Origin: a virus
Lineage: Duplodnaviria > Caudoviricetes
DNA length: 63,567 bases
Direction: 5' to 3' (one strand)
Virus record (IMG/VR): IMGVR_UViG_3300030430_004778
Coordinates: 1-63,567 of that record
Program-made: the position numbers and the translations under genes
Notes under the pieces: model-generated
Seen by the model: the letters and a program-made list of their open reading frames with translations, nothing else
Told to the model about the DNA's origin: nothing
The model's database searches: none
Shown here: in pieces, positions 10,379-19,988 of the stretch
Layout: every line of letters begins with the position of its first letter
Position numbering within the stretch: the first letter of the stretch is position 1

Positions 10379-13300
10379 TTATTCGTCCTTTTCTTTACTA
10401 TAAATAGGATTAAATGTGGTTATTGAATTAATTTTTGCTAATTCAATCAACGAGAAGAAATCGTGCGGCCAGTTATAAGAATACAAGAAATCATCTGTTT
10501 TACCTTTAAGATCTTTTCTGATGTATTCATGATTATTGTGAATAATTTTACCAACAACCGAATTGTAATTTGACGCGGCGCGCTTTTTAACTTTAAATAC
10601 CGCCCAGCGAGTAATTTCAGGATCAAAAATCGATTTTCTAAAGTAAAGAGAATTATTGTCAATCATGCCGTTTGTTGTCGGAAGTGAGTGTAAATTAGAC
10701 TCACTAGTTACTTTTAGCGCTTCTCTGGAAAAAGTAGGTTCTACGTTTTGCCACATATTTTGCAAATCTTTTTGCTTTAGATCTATAGAGTACTCAATCA
10801 TAAACATTACGAATGGGTCGATGTTGTCGTTATGTAAAAAGTCTAGGTGCGGAGGGATTACGTACTTTCTCATCATTAACATAAGATTAAAAAGCTGTTT
10901 GCTTTCACTTAATAGAGGATTTGCATCATTGCCATCTAAATTTAAATTTTGTCTAATCTCTTCAAACGATCTAATATTCTGATAATTTAATGCATCAAAT
11001 CGACTAGTACGATCTCTGTATAGGTTATCTTTAATCAAATCCACTTGATTTTTATTAATTGAATAAAGTTCTGTTTGGCTAGTCGACTTTTTGTATCTAA
11101 ATGGAATTGCAATAATCGCTTCTGATAGTTGTTTTTTTGTCGTCTTAGAAAAGGTTGCTGCTAACTGTGCAGGAGAATCGCTTGCTCCCGCGCTTACTTT
11201 TCCTATTTTGCTAACTTGATCAGGGTTAATATTAAGTAATTGTAGCATGTCTAAATTACCAGCATTCGTACCCGGCTCTAATTTCATTATTATGCCGTTT
11301 TGTGAAGATGGAATCTCACCATATTGATGCCACATGCCTTTGGCAACGTTACCAGAAACATAACTCTCAGTAGGAACAGAGGCTGAAAAATCTAAAACAG
11401 GACACTCCCAACGAGGCTTAAACGCAATTATTTGTCTTGTTTCAATGTTAGATTCTTTAAGATCGGGATTAATTTTAGCTTCTCTTTCATAAATAACTTG
11501 ATCTGGATTTTCATCTCCCAAAAACATAGAAGCAGAAAGCTGCATACTGTGTTTATAGTTGGTGGTTTCTTTAGCTAAAATTTCACCGGCTAAAAGAGAT
11601 GTCGCAACTGAAGCGTTTCCAGTCGCAGTTCTCAATGGGTAAAAAGAAGTTCTCAGTCTGTCATAAGTGTAACTAGCAGAAGCAAATATTTCTTCTCTTG
11701 TTATAACGCCACCATCATAATCAGCAGGATCTATTTGTAAACTAACTCTAACAGTTGAAAATCCATTATAGTATGGGGCAGTAAATGGATCAAATGCGCT
11801 GCCGGTAATTCCAACAGAGTTCACATTGCCCTGTGGTGCTGAGAAAGAGCTTGTAAGTATGAACCTTGTTCCAGCTGTAGGATGGGTTACTCCTCTATCT
11901 TTAAGATTTCCATACTGCCCAGTCTCTACCGGTGGTCCAAAAGAAGAGCCATAAAGAAATGGGTCAATATTAAATCCAGTTATTGATCTATTGTACATCG
12001 TGATTGATGAGGTGTTAACTTGCAAACTACTGGAAAGTGTTGCAGAAGTATCTAAACTGCTACTAACCGGAGCACTGACCATAGAGCTTGTTGCACTAGA
12101 AAAACTACTATAGTCTGTGATATTGGTTGAGTTGATTAAATGTAAATCAAAAGAATATGTCCCTGTGCTTGGAATCACAGTCGTGTGATCCAGAACAGTT
12201 TCACCAGATTGCATAATCATAGATTGCTCAGAGGATTTTCTACCAATAAACAAATTCATAGTTTCTGCCAAAAAGTTACTCATAGCGAAACTGTGTTCTG
12301 GTGTTGAGGTCCCTCTATAAGAGGCAGTAGAGTTTATGGCAAAATCTAGATCAACTTCTGCATCCAGAATAGTGTTTGTTTTAGGCTCTATTAGTTGACC
12401 AAAATTTATTCTTTTATCAAAATTACCACTTATAGTGGTGCCCCAGCACACTGTTTCTACTGAGTTTAAATTAGAAGTTGTGTCAAATATTGGATAATCT
12501 ACAGCAATTCCAGATTTTATTGAGTTAAACAAAATACCTGGTGCGAAAAAAGGTTGCATTATGGTTCTTAAGTTAGCATTTGCACCTTGTAAATTAACTA
12601 AAGGTTCTACTGACTGAGAAAATATAGTGCCAAGTTGTACTGTTCTTTCCGAAGGGTAAAAGCCATCATAAGGTAAAAACTTTAATATCGCCTCGCAAGA
12701 AAGTTTGTGAGTGGTGGTGGCAATTGCTCTTTGACTGGTAGCCATTAACGCTGTTGGATCATTGCCGATTGATTTATCTTCGTAATCCTCTTCTACTAGC
12801 TTAAAATAGTCATAAAAATCACTAAATGCGTAACGATTTAAGAATTCTTCTGTCGTGTTGTGATTAGATGCACCAGTTAAAGATAATAAACCACTTTCTA
12901 TTTCTAAATTATTTGTGCCCGTTTGATTTAAATAAGCTGTAAAGAACCCATCTGGACTGTAATTGTTATAGTTTAAGTTTCTATTAGCATCAATGTAATC
13001 AGACATTTTATCGCTAATTCTAAATTCTGGTAAAATTGTACCATCTTTTAAACTTCTAAATCCTTCTTCAGCATATTGATCGTAGGAATCATAAAAAGGT
13101 TTATAATTTGCACTTGATGAAGCTTCCCATAGAGTATCTCCAACTGATGCACTGAATAGAGCAGGACTGGTTGAGGTGCCAAGCCCAGCAAAATTTATCA
13201 CTCCTTTTAAATTTCTCTCATTGCTATTTAATCCGTCCATACGTCGAGAATTCTCGACAACAACCCTTCCAGCGACGTCGTTACTGTCTCTATGCAACAA

Positions 13301-16300
13301 CTTAACTCTTCTGTTGTAATTAACTGCTGGTATGATGTTTGCCGGTGTTTGATAGTGAAACAATGAATAACAATTTTGTAATTCTCCAACTGCATCTTTT
13401 TGAGTCATACTAGCACTATACGGAATAAACCCACCGCCGAGTGGCGCCTGCTGGTTGGTTTCGAATTGAGCGTGTGCATCAAGTTTCCAAATACTAGAAG
13501 TTAATATAGTATTATTAGTAGAATTCTTTAAGTCGTTTTTAGTTCTATCTGATCTAACTTCTCGCCAGAAATCATTTGTAAAGTTAATTCTTTTTCTTGT
13601 TCCCGAAAGGTAAGTGTATAAAGCTTTCGGATAGATTGTTTCAGCATATGCCACTTCTGTGGCTTTTTTTAGATTCTTAGAATCTAAATAATTTTTAAAT
13701 GCCGCATAAGAATTGTAAGTTAATTTGTTTATTTTTTGCCTATCAGCTGCAACCGGTAATGCAAAATCCAAATGTATGGCAGAAAACTCGTTACTTAATT
13801 TAGACTCAGCAGTATGATCTGTAAAGTGTGCTCTTATATTTCCTAAGCTTAAAAGAGCAGTTGTTTCTGCCTCTTCTCCCTCTTGCTTAAAAGAAAAACG
13901 TAAAGGTTTGTATTTTGATGTTATTGGTGGTTCTGTAAAGTTCTTTATTGTAGAATCTTTTATAAATTTAAAGGTTAAATCATTTACCGAAGTTCTTCCA
14001 CTTACATAACCAATTTGATTATTATTTCTTTGATGTCTCACAATTGGATGATTGTCTTTTCTATAAAGTCTCCAGTTTGCTCCTCCATATGGACCCTGGC
14101 GGTGTAAAAGAATAGTATTTAAAAGATAGCCAGTTTGAATATAACCCGTGGTAGTTCTTCCAAAATTTAATGACACGTCAGTGGCAGATCTATCCAACCT
14201 CTCACTTAAATATAGCTTTTCTGAAACAGAGTTTGAGTATCCTAAAAAGTTATCAGAAGAAGAGATGGGACTAGCAAGCAATCCATTGATTCCAACAAAA
14301 TTAGCATTAAAAACCATCGGGCTATCAATTTGAACGCCAGGTAGATCTAAAGCCGGATAAGCTAATAGTGTCTGAAGAGAGAGTAATCTTTGATCGCTTT
14401 TCAAGAAAGAATCAGCTTCTGTTACAAAAACCAAGTCAGAGGAAGCAAGATCTCCTCGATCTAAACCTTTATTCTCAAAACCATAAAGAGCAGAGCCTGT
14501 ATAGTTTCCAGATAAGCTAGACGTGATCCATGCATATTGCACGTCTGTTTGTGGGATTGTATGTTGGTGATGCCAGTTGTCATACTTAATAATATTTATA
14601 AATGAATTATCGGAATACCCGGACGAACCACTAAATCTTAATGATACACGACCATTTCTGTTAACTTTGTGAAATGATCCTGTCCCACTATAACCCTCTG
14701 GACTAACAGAAGAAGAGCCGCCGGGATAAGTTATTCCTGCTTCATCAAAAGCGTTTTCTCTAAACTGGTCGCTAAAATATCCAAATTGATTAGCATGATT
14801 AGAATACAACTGATTGTTTAGTGGCAATCTAACATCTAAGTTCCTAAATGGCAATACATTGTAGACACTATATTCGCCGGCTGCAACGTCTAACATTCCC
14901 TCGCCCATCGTTGAGGGACTTCCAGGGGCAGAAAACCTGTTAACAATAATCGCTGTATTTGACCCTGTTAAGTCTCTTCGCGGCAGTGTAAAATCTACAA
15001 CGCCAGAAACAAAAGCAGAATCCGTTGTTGTAGTGGGGAGTGCCCCGTCAGACTCAGCCATATATCTATTGTTTTCTGTTCGACCATTAGTCATTAAAAT
15101 TTCATAAGTATTGGTATAATTTCCTATTATTGTAGCGTTCTTGGCATGAATACCTTTTGTATCACTTGCGCCCGTTGTTTGCTGAATATTTTTAATATTT
15201 ACGGGTCTTTTTGCGTATTCTTCACGAAGATATACCGACTTCGGATTGTGTACAGAAACATTTAGCAGATCTATGGCTGTTGTCGATCCTGTTATTCTCC
15301 ATCCTTCTAGCCTTTGACCTTCTACCAGAGGTGCTTGTGCAGGAGAAAAGTTTGACATTACATGGCGATACGGTCGACCGCCAACATACTTTTCTGTAAA
15401 CGGACCTTGCATTGGAATGTCAGCATCAATGCCATAACTGTCGTGATGTAGGTTTGTAATCGCCAAGTTCGGCTGAAAATCGGAAAGATCTGCCATAGCT
15501 GGATTTGTGCTTATCGAAGAACTATATAGGCTAAATGGAAAGATAAGATCGCCCTTAAATACATCACTAAAGTTTTCAGCACTATCCGTTGCAATACCAA
15601 CAGAAAAATTGTATTTCCTCTTACCTTGATTTAACGTTAGGTCGTCGCTGCAATCTTTAAATTGTTCAAGTTTTGAGTCTGTAGGCTCAATAGATATTAG
15701 ACCGCCTTCGCCTGGTGTTGAGGGTGTAGGTCTTTTTCTAATAGAATCCCAAAATCCTACTTTCTTATTTTTATATGAATTGCCACCTGCATGATATTGT
15801 TGTATTTCTTCACCTGCAACGCTATACGTTCTTTGGCTTCTATTGAGAAAAACCGATGCTGATGCTTGATAATTTGTGGCGCCGCTTCTAAAAGTTGGAA
15901 GCGGTGTGTTGGTCAAATTGTTTGCAACCTGTCTTATTTTTTCTCTATCAGAATCCACAAGAGAGTCTCCAGTAGAGAGCACTTTGTCACGCTCTGCGCG
16001 GTTTTTCCACCAAAGACAGTTTTGATCCTGATTAATTAATTGATTTGGATTTAAAGGAGGAGTATTTTGCATAAAAGAAAAAAGAGGTTTTTGCATAGAG
16101 CCTTCAAACTCTGCTGGTAAATTTTTAATAGTTGGAAACTTACTTCTAAATTTAGTTCTATCACCTAAAGCAAAATTCTCTATCATAGTCGATACACCGT
16201 CTCTGAAATTCAACATCGATGCGGGAATCAATTTTATTAAATATCTTGATATAGAGTAATCAATAAATTTAAAATATTCTACATACTTATCAAAATCATA

Positions 16301-19300
16301 ATCATTTCCAACTTTTTCAAAAAATAAATCAGCAGCCTTCTTTAGTTCTTTGTACTCTCCACGATACATGTTCACTGGATTTCCAATCATGTTATTAAAC
16401 CAAACAGCAGAGCTAAACATATCTAGCATCTCTTCTGATATGTCTTGGAAAAGATTTTTCTCTATTGATAGATTATAAGTTGTTGGTCTATTGTTTCTAT
16501 CAAAATATTCATCATCCTCTGACAAAATTCTAGTTAGGTTAGAATCGGTTAAAACTTCGGGTACTTGTGAATGGTATGCTGTTCTTTCTATCGATTCTAC
16601 AACATCACTTGAGGAGTTCATGAAAAAACTTCCACTAGCGGTGTGTCTTCTGGAAACTAAACTACTAAACCAACCATACCTATTTTCATCTACAGAACCA
16701 GAAGATTCGTCCTCAACGGAAAATTCACCGCTTACATTGGATGCAGTTACAGTAGAAAAGTTCCACAATAAAGCTAAAGTTTCAGCTTCTGGTATGTATC
16801 TTTCATTAAGACCATTTGGTTGTGTTCCGCTTTGATATAAAAAGGCATTTCTTGTTGGTCTTTCAGCGCCAAAATTTCCTAATTTTAAATTATGATTATC
16901 TATTGTTCCTGTCGGTATGCTAGCAAACCATGCTTTACAAGAATTAACTTTTACATCTGTAGGCTCTAAAACTTGACTAGTAAAGTTTGTTCTGTGTGCT
17001 CCAACAAAGACTCGTTTAGGACTTGATAATATTTTTCGACCAAAATCATTAGAAATTGTACCAGTTACTAAAAACTCATTTGCTTTGTAGTCAGCTATAT
17101 GATTAACACCATAAAAACGAACTGTATAATCTGAATCGCTAGTTCCGCTAACCTGATTTATTGTTTCTAACTTTGTAGGCTCAACAGTAACAGAAATGGT
17201 CCAAAGCTGATCATCGTATATATTATTAAATACAGAAGAGGTTAGCTCTGGAATAAAACCTCCTGCGGTACCGGTTAACTTAAAGTAAGCATTTGATGAA
17301 TATAGATCGTCTTTAACTGTTGTCACTTGAAAGTTTGCGTAATCATTTGTTGCCCAGGTTAAACTATTCTCAACGCCATTGGCGGTGTGCATACCAAACA
17401 AAGAAGAAGTTATATGTAAGGGGTAAAGATTTGCTACATTTCCTTTATATCCTTCTTTAACAGTCGCGTACTCAGCTATAGACACCCTGTTTGGAAGTAA
17501 AACGTTTGATTCTAGTGTGAAAGAAAGCCCTTGACCTTCAAACGTTCCGTCTACTGCGTTAGTGCCTGCAATAAAAGAAGTCGCGTTCGAATCTATCTTG
17601 TATTGATAAATTGACGCCTCGTCGTTCGAACCGGCTGTTGTTTTTTCATTAAAGTTGATATACTTTTTAATCTTAGAAATTGATTTTAAATTGTCTTCTA
17701 ATTTATATACAGATTCATTCCCATACAAATTAATTTTTAGTACATTGTCTCCAATACCAAAACACCTTAAAAGATTTCTTATAGATTTTTCAGTCCCTTT
17801 TGTCTTGTATAAATAAGTTAAATTATTATAAATGTTTTGATAAATAACATTTTTTACTTCTTGTATATCTCTCTCAAATTTTAATTCTTCATCTCTACTC
17901 TCAAATTTTTCTAACAAGCTAGCATCAACAAATATATCTGGGACCATAAACCCTGCTGACTCTAAGGCTTTTTTATTAAAAGGAGGAGGTGTCCCGCTGC
18001 CTTTATAATATTTGGCATGAGAGAGCTGTGGTAATTTTTTTAAAAGTATTGCTGCTTCATCAAAATAACTTGATATTATTTGCAAAAGATTTAACAAGTA
18101 ATTTGATTGGATATCTGCTCTTTCAGTTTCGCTTTGTTCTAACATCCACGCTGGGAAATAAGACTTCAGTGAATTTACATTTGAGTCATCATAAATACTT
18201 CCTGAGCCCATCATATTAGCTTTATATGTGACAACATCCGGATGAAAACTGTAAACTATTGGATCTTTAAACTCAATTAAGCTAGCAGAAGATTGCAATA
18301 TTGCAGATCCTGTATCTCTTGATAACGTCGAATTGTAACCAGTCCACACGCCATTGCTAACACGTCCCGAATAATCTAAAACGGTTGCATCAACAGAGGC
18401 TGTTTGTGTTATGCCTTCATTAAACTTAAAGTAAACGCCAAGGTCGGTATTAGACAGGTCTGTGTTTGTTCCGCCGCCTACTTGATCAAACCAACGTGTT
18501 TGAATTTGTTTTGATGTTCTCCAGCGTTTCCAATATCTAAACTCGTCAATCGCTCCAGAAAGTGGGGACCAACCCCTTGCGCCGCGATCACCGCTACCAT
18601 CATAAAATTGAGATGCTTGAGATCCCAACGTCGCGACGATTGCTCCTGAAACATATCCAACTGTTGTCGCTACAGAAGTTTCATCATTGTGTTTGCCGTC
18701 CACAAATAAATCAAAAACCGTATTACTTCCGGTAGTCTTCATTCTTATAGCATAATGATGCCAACTGCCATCTGCAACAGATGAAGTAGTTAAATTATTT
18801 GAACCTAAATAAGTTCTTATATTACTGCTGCCAGAAGCGTAACTTACGAATATTGGTTTACCGTTTGAACCTCCGGAAAAATTAGTCGTATTTAACTCAG
18901 TAGTTGTATCAATACCATTTGAAAATTCAATATCTGTATTTCCGCTAGAACCAACAATTGATTGTGCCAGAGTTAGAACCGCGCCGACTCTTGTTACAAC
19001 AATTGAACCATTGTGTCCATTACTGCTTTCAATACTTTGTTCAATATTATCTACTAAACCCTCTTTAGTGTTTTCACCTGATAATTGTACTACGACGTTC
19101 CCGCCGTCCAAATCACCATTGGACTTAGCACCGCCATTCATAAATTTATATGTTTTTGTCAATCCAACAGCGTCTGTAATAGTAATAGTTTGAGTATTAA
19201 GTGCTGTGGGGATCGTACCATCATCTAATATACCTGTCATCGTGGCTACCGATGCAGCTGCATTATCAAAAGTTCCAGTGGTTGCCAAGGCAACTATTAA

Positions 19301-19987
19301 ACGACCGTAATCAGCATCTGTGTGTGTTGTACCGGTTACATGAGTATCAACAATAAATTCAAAATAGTCTTGATCGGCTACATAGGCATCTTTCTTAAGC
19401 CAGAATTCTACAGTGTTTCCTTTTGTTCCGTCAATTAAAAGGTTATTTTCGCGATTATTGCTAAGGTCAAATACATTTGCATCTTTACGATATACCACCT
19501 TGTCTGTTATTTGATCGTAATAGAGAGAATCGCCGGAACCAGCATGTGGACCACCTTTGGCTAGAATATATTCGAATCCGTTTGTTAAATAATCTACAGG
19601 AGGATAAAAATCAGATTGATTTCCTGTAGTTGCGGCGCCGGTAACAAAATTAGCAAAACCGGTAGTTCTTGGATATCCATTTTCAAAAATGTGAAGATCG
19701 ATAAGAGAAGAAGAAACTTCCCAAAGTACTTTTTCTTTTAGTGAGCCATCATAAGGATAGGAATCATGAATTCTAGTTATCGCGTCTTGATAATATTTTT
19801 CTGCTAAACCAAATCTTGCAAAATTAGAGGGATCTTCGAAATCTTCTGTTGCAACAAATCTAGCATTTCTTTTGTTAATTGCCTCTGCATAATCAAAAGA
19901 TTCTATTTCATCTTTAAAGTCTTCTTTTGTTAAAGGCTCTGCGGATTTTAAATTATCTTGTTCTTTAAATAAATCTTTTAAGGACAT
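10379..19987 (-). CDS. Giant baseplate wedge/receptor-binding protein with LamG (concanavalin A-like) domains
   Basis: 3202 aa. LamG motifs TVEFWLKK, DGSWHHYAI and GAIDEFRYWK; baseplate wedge-like motif LYKTKGTEKSIRNLLRCFG; lies downstream of the gp6-like gene. Confidence 0.7.
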   Translation of the reverse strand: MSLKDLFKEQDNLKSAEPLTKEDFKDEIESFDYAEAINKRNARFVATEDFEDPSNFARFGLAEKYYQDAITRIHDSYPYDGSLKEKVLWEVSSSLIDLHIFENGYPRTTGFANFVTGAATTGNQSDFYPPVDYLTNGFEYILAKGGPHAGSGDSLYYDQITDKVVYRKDANVFDLSNNRENNLLIDGTKGNTVEFWLKKDAYVADQDYFEFIVDTHVTGTTHTDADYGRLIVALATTGTFDNAAASVATMTGILDDGTIPTALNTQTITITDAVGLTKTYKFMNGGAKSNGDLDGGNVVVQLSGENTKEGLVDNIEQSIESSNGHNGSIVVTRVGAVLTLAQSIVGSSGNTDIEFSNGIDTTTELNTTNFSGGSNGKPIFVSYASGSSNIRTYLGSNNLTTSSVADGSWHHYAIRMKTTGSNTVFDLFVDGKHNDETSVATTVGYVSGAIVATLGSQASQFYDGSGDRGARGWSPLSGAIDEFRYWKRWRTSKQIQTRWFDQVGGGTNTDLSNTDLGVYFKFNEGITQTASVDATVLDYSGRVSNGVWTGYNSTLSRDTGSAILQSSASLIEFKDPIVYSFHPDVVTYKANMMGSGSIYDDSNVNSLKSYFPAWMLEQSETERADIQSNYLLNLLQIISSYFDEAAILLKKLPQLSHAKYYKGSGTPPPFNKKALESAGFMVPDIFVDASLLEKFESRDEELKFERDIQEVKNVIYQNIYNNLTYLYKTKGTEKSIRNLLRCFGIGDNVLKINLYGNESVYKLEDNLKSISKIKKYINFNEKTTAGSNDEASIYQYKIDSNATSFIAGTNAVDGTFEGQGLSFTLESNVLLPNRVSIAEYATVKEGYKGNVANLYPLHITSSLFGMHTANGVENSLTWATNDYANFQVTTVKDDLYSSNAYFKLTGTAGGFIPELTSSVFNNIYDDQLWTISVTVEPTKLETINQVSGTSDSDYTVRFYGVNHIADYKANEFLVTGTISNDFGRKILSSPKRVFVGAHRTNFTSQVLEPTDVKVNSCKAWFASIPTGTIDNHNLKLGNFGAERPTRNAFLYQSGTQPNGLNERYIPEAETLALLWNFSTVTASNVSGEFSVEDESSGSVDENRYGWFSSLVSRRHTASGSFFMNSSSDVVESIERTAYHSQVPEVLTDSNLTRILSEDDEYFDRNNRPTTYNLSIEKNLFQDISEEMLDMFSSAVWFNNMIGNPVNMYRGEYKELKKAADLFFEKVGNDYDFDKYVEYFKFIDYSISRYLIKLIPASMLNFRDGVSTMIENFALGDRTKFRSKFPTIKNLPAEFEGSMQKPLFSFMQNTPPLNPNQLINQDQNCLWWKNRAERDKVLSTGDSLVDSDREKIRQVANNLTNTPLPTFRSGATNYQASASVFLNRSQRTYSVAGEEIQQYHAGGNSYKNKKVGFWDSIRKRPTPSTPGEGGLISIEPTDSKLEQFKDCSDDLTLNQGKRKYNFSVGIATDSAENFSDVFKGDLIFPFSLYSSSISTNPAMADLSDFQPNLAITNLHHDSYGIDADIPMQGPFTEKYVGGRPYRHVMSNFSPAQAPLVEGQRLEGWRITGSTTAIDLLNVSVHNPKSVYLREEYAKRPVNIKNIQQTTGASDTKGIHAKNATIIGNYTNTYEILMTNGRTENNRYMAESDGALPTTTTDSAFVSGVVDFTLPRRDLTGSNTAIIVNRFSAPGSPSTMGEGMLDVAAGEYSVYNVLPFRNLDVRLPLNNQLYSNHANQFGYFSDQFRENAFDEAGITYPGGSSSVSPEGYSGTGSFHKVNRNGRVSLRFSGSSGYSDNSFINIIKYDNWHHQHTIPQTDVQYAWITSSLSGNYTGSALYGFENKGLDRGDLASSDLVFVTEADSFLKSDQRLLSLQTLLAYPALDLPGVQIDSPMVFNANFVGINGLLASPISSSDNFLGYSNSVSEKLYLSERLDRSATDVSLNFGRTTTGYIQTGYLLNTILLHRQGPYGGANWRLYRKDNHPIVRHQRNNNQIGYVSGRTSVNDLTFKFIKDSTIKNFTEPPITSKYKPLRFSFKQEGEEAETTALLSLGNIRAHFTDHTAESKLSNEFSAIHLDFALPVAADRQKINKLTYNSYAAFKNYLDSKNLKKATEVAYAETIYPKALYTYLSGTRKRINFTNDFWREVRSDRTKNDLKNSTNNTILTSSIWKLDAHAQFETNQQAPLGGGFIPYSASMTQKDAVGELQNCYSLFHYQTPANIIPAVNYNRRVKLLHRDSNDVAGRVVVENSRRMDGLNSNERNLKGVINFAGLGTSTSPALFSASVGDTLWEASSSANYKPFYDSYDQYAEEGFRSLKDGTILPEFRISDKMSDYIDANRNLNYNNYSPDGFFTAYLNQTGTNNLEIESGLLSLTGASNHNTTEEFLNRYAFSDFYDYFKLVEEDYEDKSIGNDPTALMATSQRAIATTTHKLSCEAILKFLPYDGFYPSERTVQLGTIFSQSVEPLVNLQGANANLRTIMQPFFAPGILFNSIKSGIAVDYPIFDTTSNLNSVETVCWGTTISGNFDKRINFGQLIEPKTNTILDAEVDLDFAINSTASYRGTSTPEHSFAMSNFLAETMNLFIGRKSSEQSMIMQSGETVLDHTTVIPSTGTYSFDLHLINSTNITDYSSFSSATSSMVSAPVSSSLDTSATLSSSLQVNTSSITMYNRSITGFNIDPFLYGSSFGPPVETGQYGNLKDRGVTHPTAGTRFILTSSFSAPQGNVNSVGITGSAFDPFTAPYYNGFSTVRVSLQIDPADYDGGVITREEIFASASYTYDRLRTSFYPLRTATGNASVATSLLAGEILAKETTNYKHSMQLSASMFLGDENPDQVIYEREAKINPDLKESNIETRQIIAFKPRWECPVLDFSASVPTESYVSGNVAKGMWHQYGEIPSSQNGIIMKLEPGTNAGNLDMLQLLNINPDQVSKIGKVSAGASDSPAQLAATFSKTTKKQLSEAIIAIPFRYKKSTSQTELYSINKNQVDLIKDNLYRDRTSRFDALNYQNIRSFEEIRQNLNLDGNDANPLLSESKQLFNLMLMMRKYVIPPHLDFLHNDNIDPFVMFMIEYSIDLKQKDLQNMWQNVEPTFSREALKVTSESNLHSLPTTNGMIDNNSLYFRKSIFDPEITRWAVFKVKKRAASNYNSVVGKIIHNNHEYIRKDLKGKTDDFLYSYNWPHDFFSLIELAKINSITTFNPIYSKEKDE
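18860..19262 (-). repeat. Inserted module, copy 2, interrupting a LamG domain
   Basis: AASVATMTG..TITITDAVGLTKTYKF..IESSNGHNGSIVVT..LTLAQSIVGSSGNT..FSGGSNG. Confidence 0.7.
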
Positions 19988-19988
19988 A

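Noticed and set aside
18860-19262. Intein or intron as the explanation for the inserted module
   Set aside because: No intein terminal residues (N-terminal Cys/Ser block, HN end) or endonuclease motifs, and the frame is uninterrupted.
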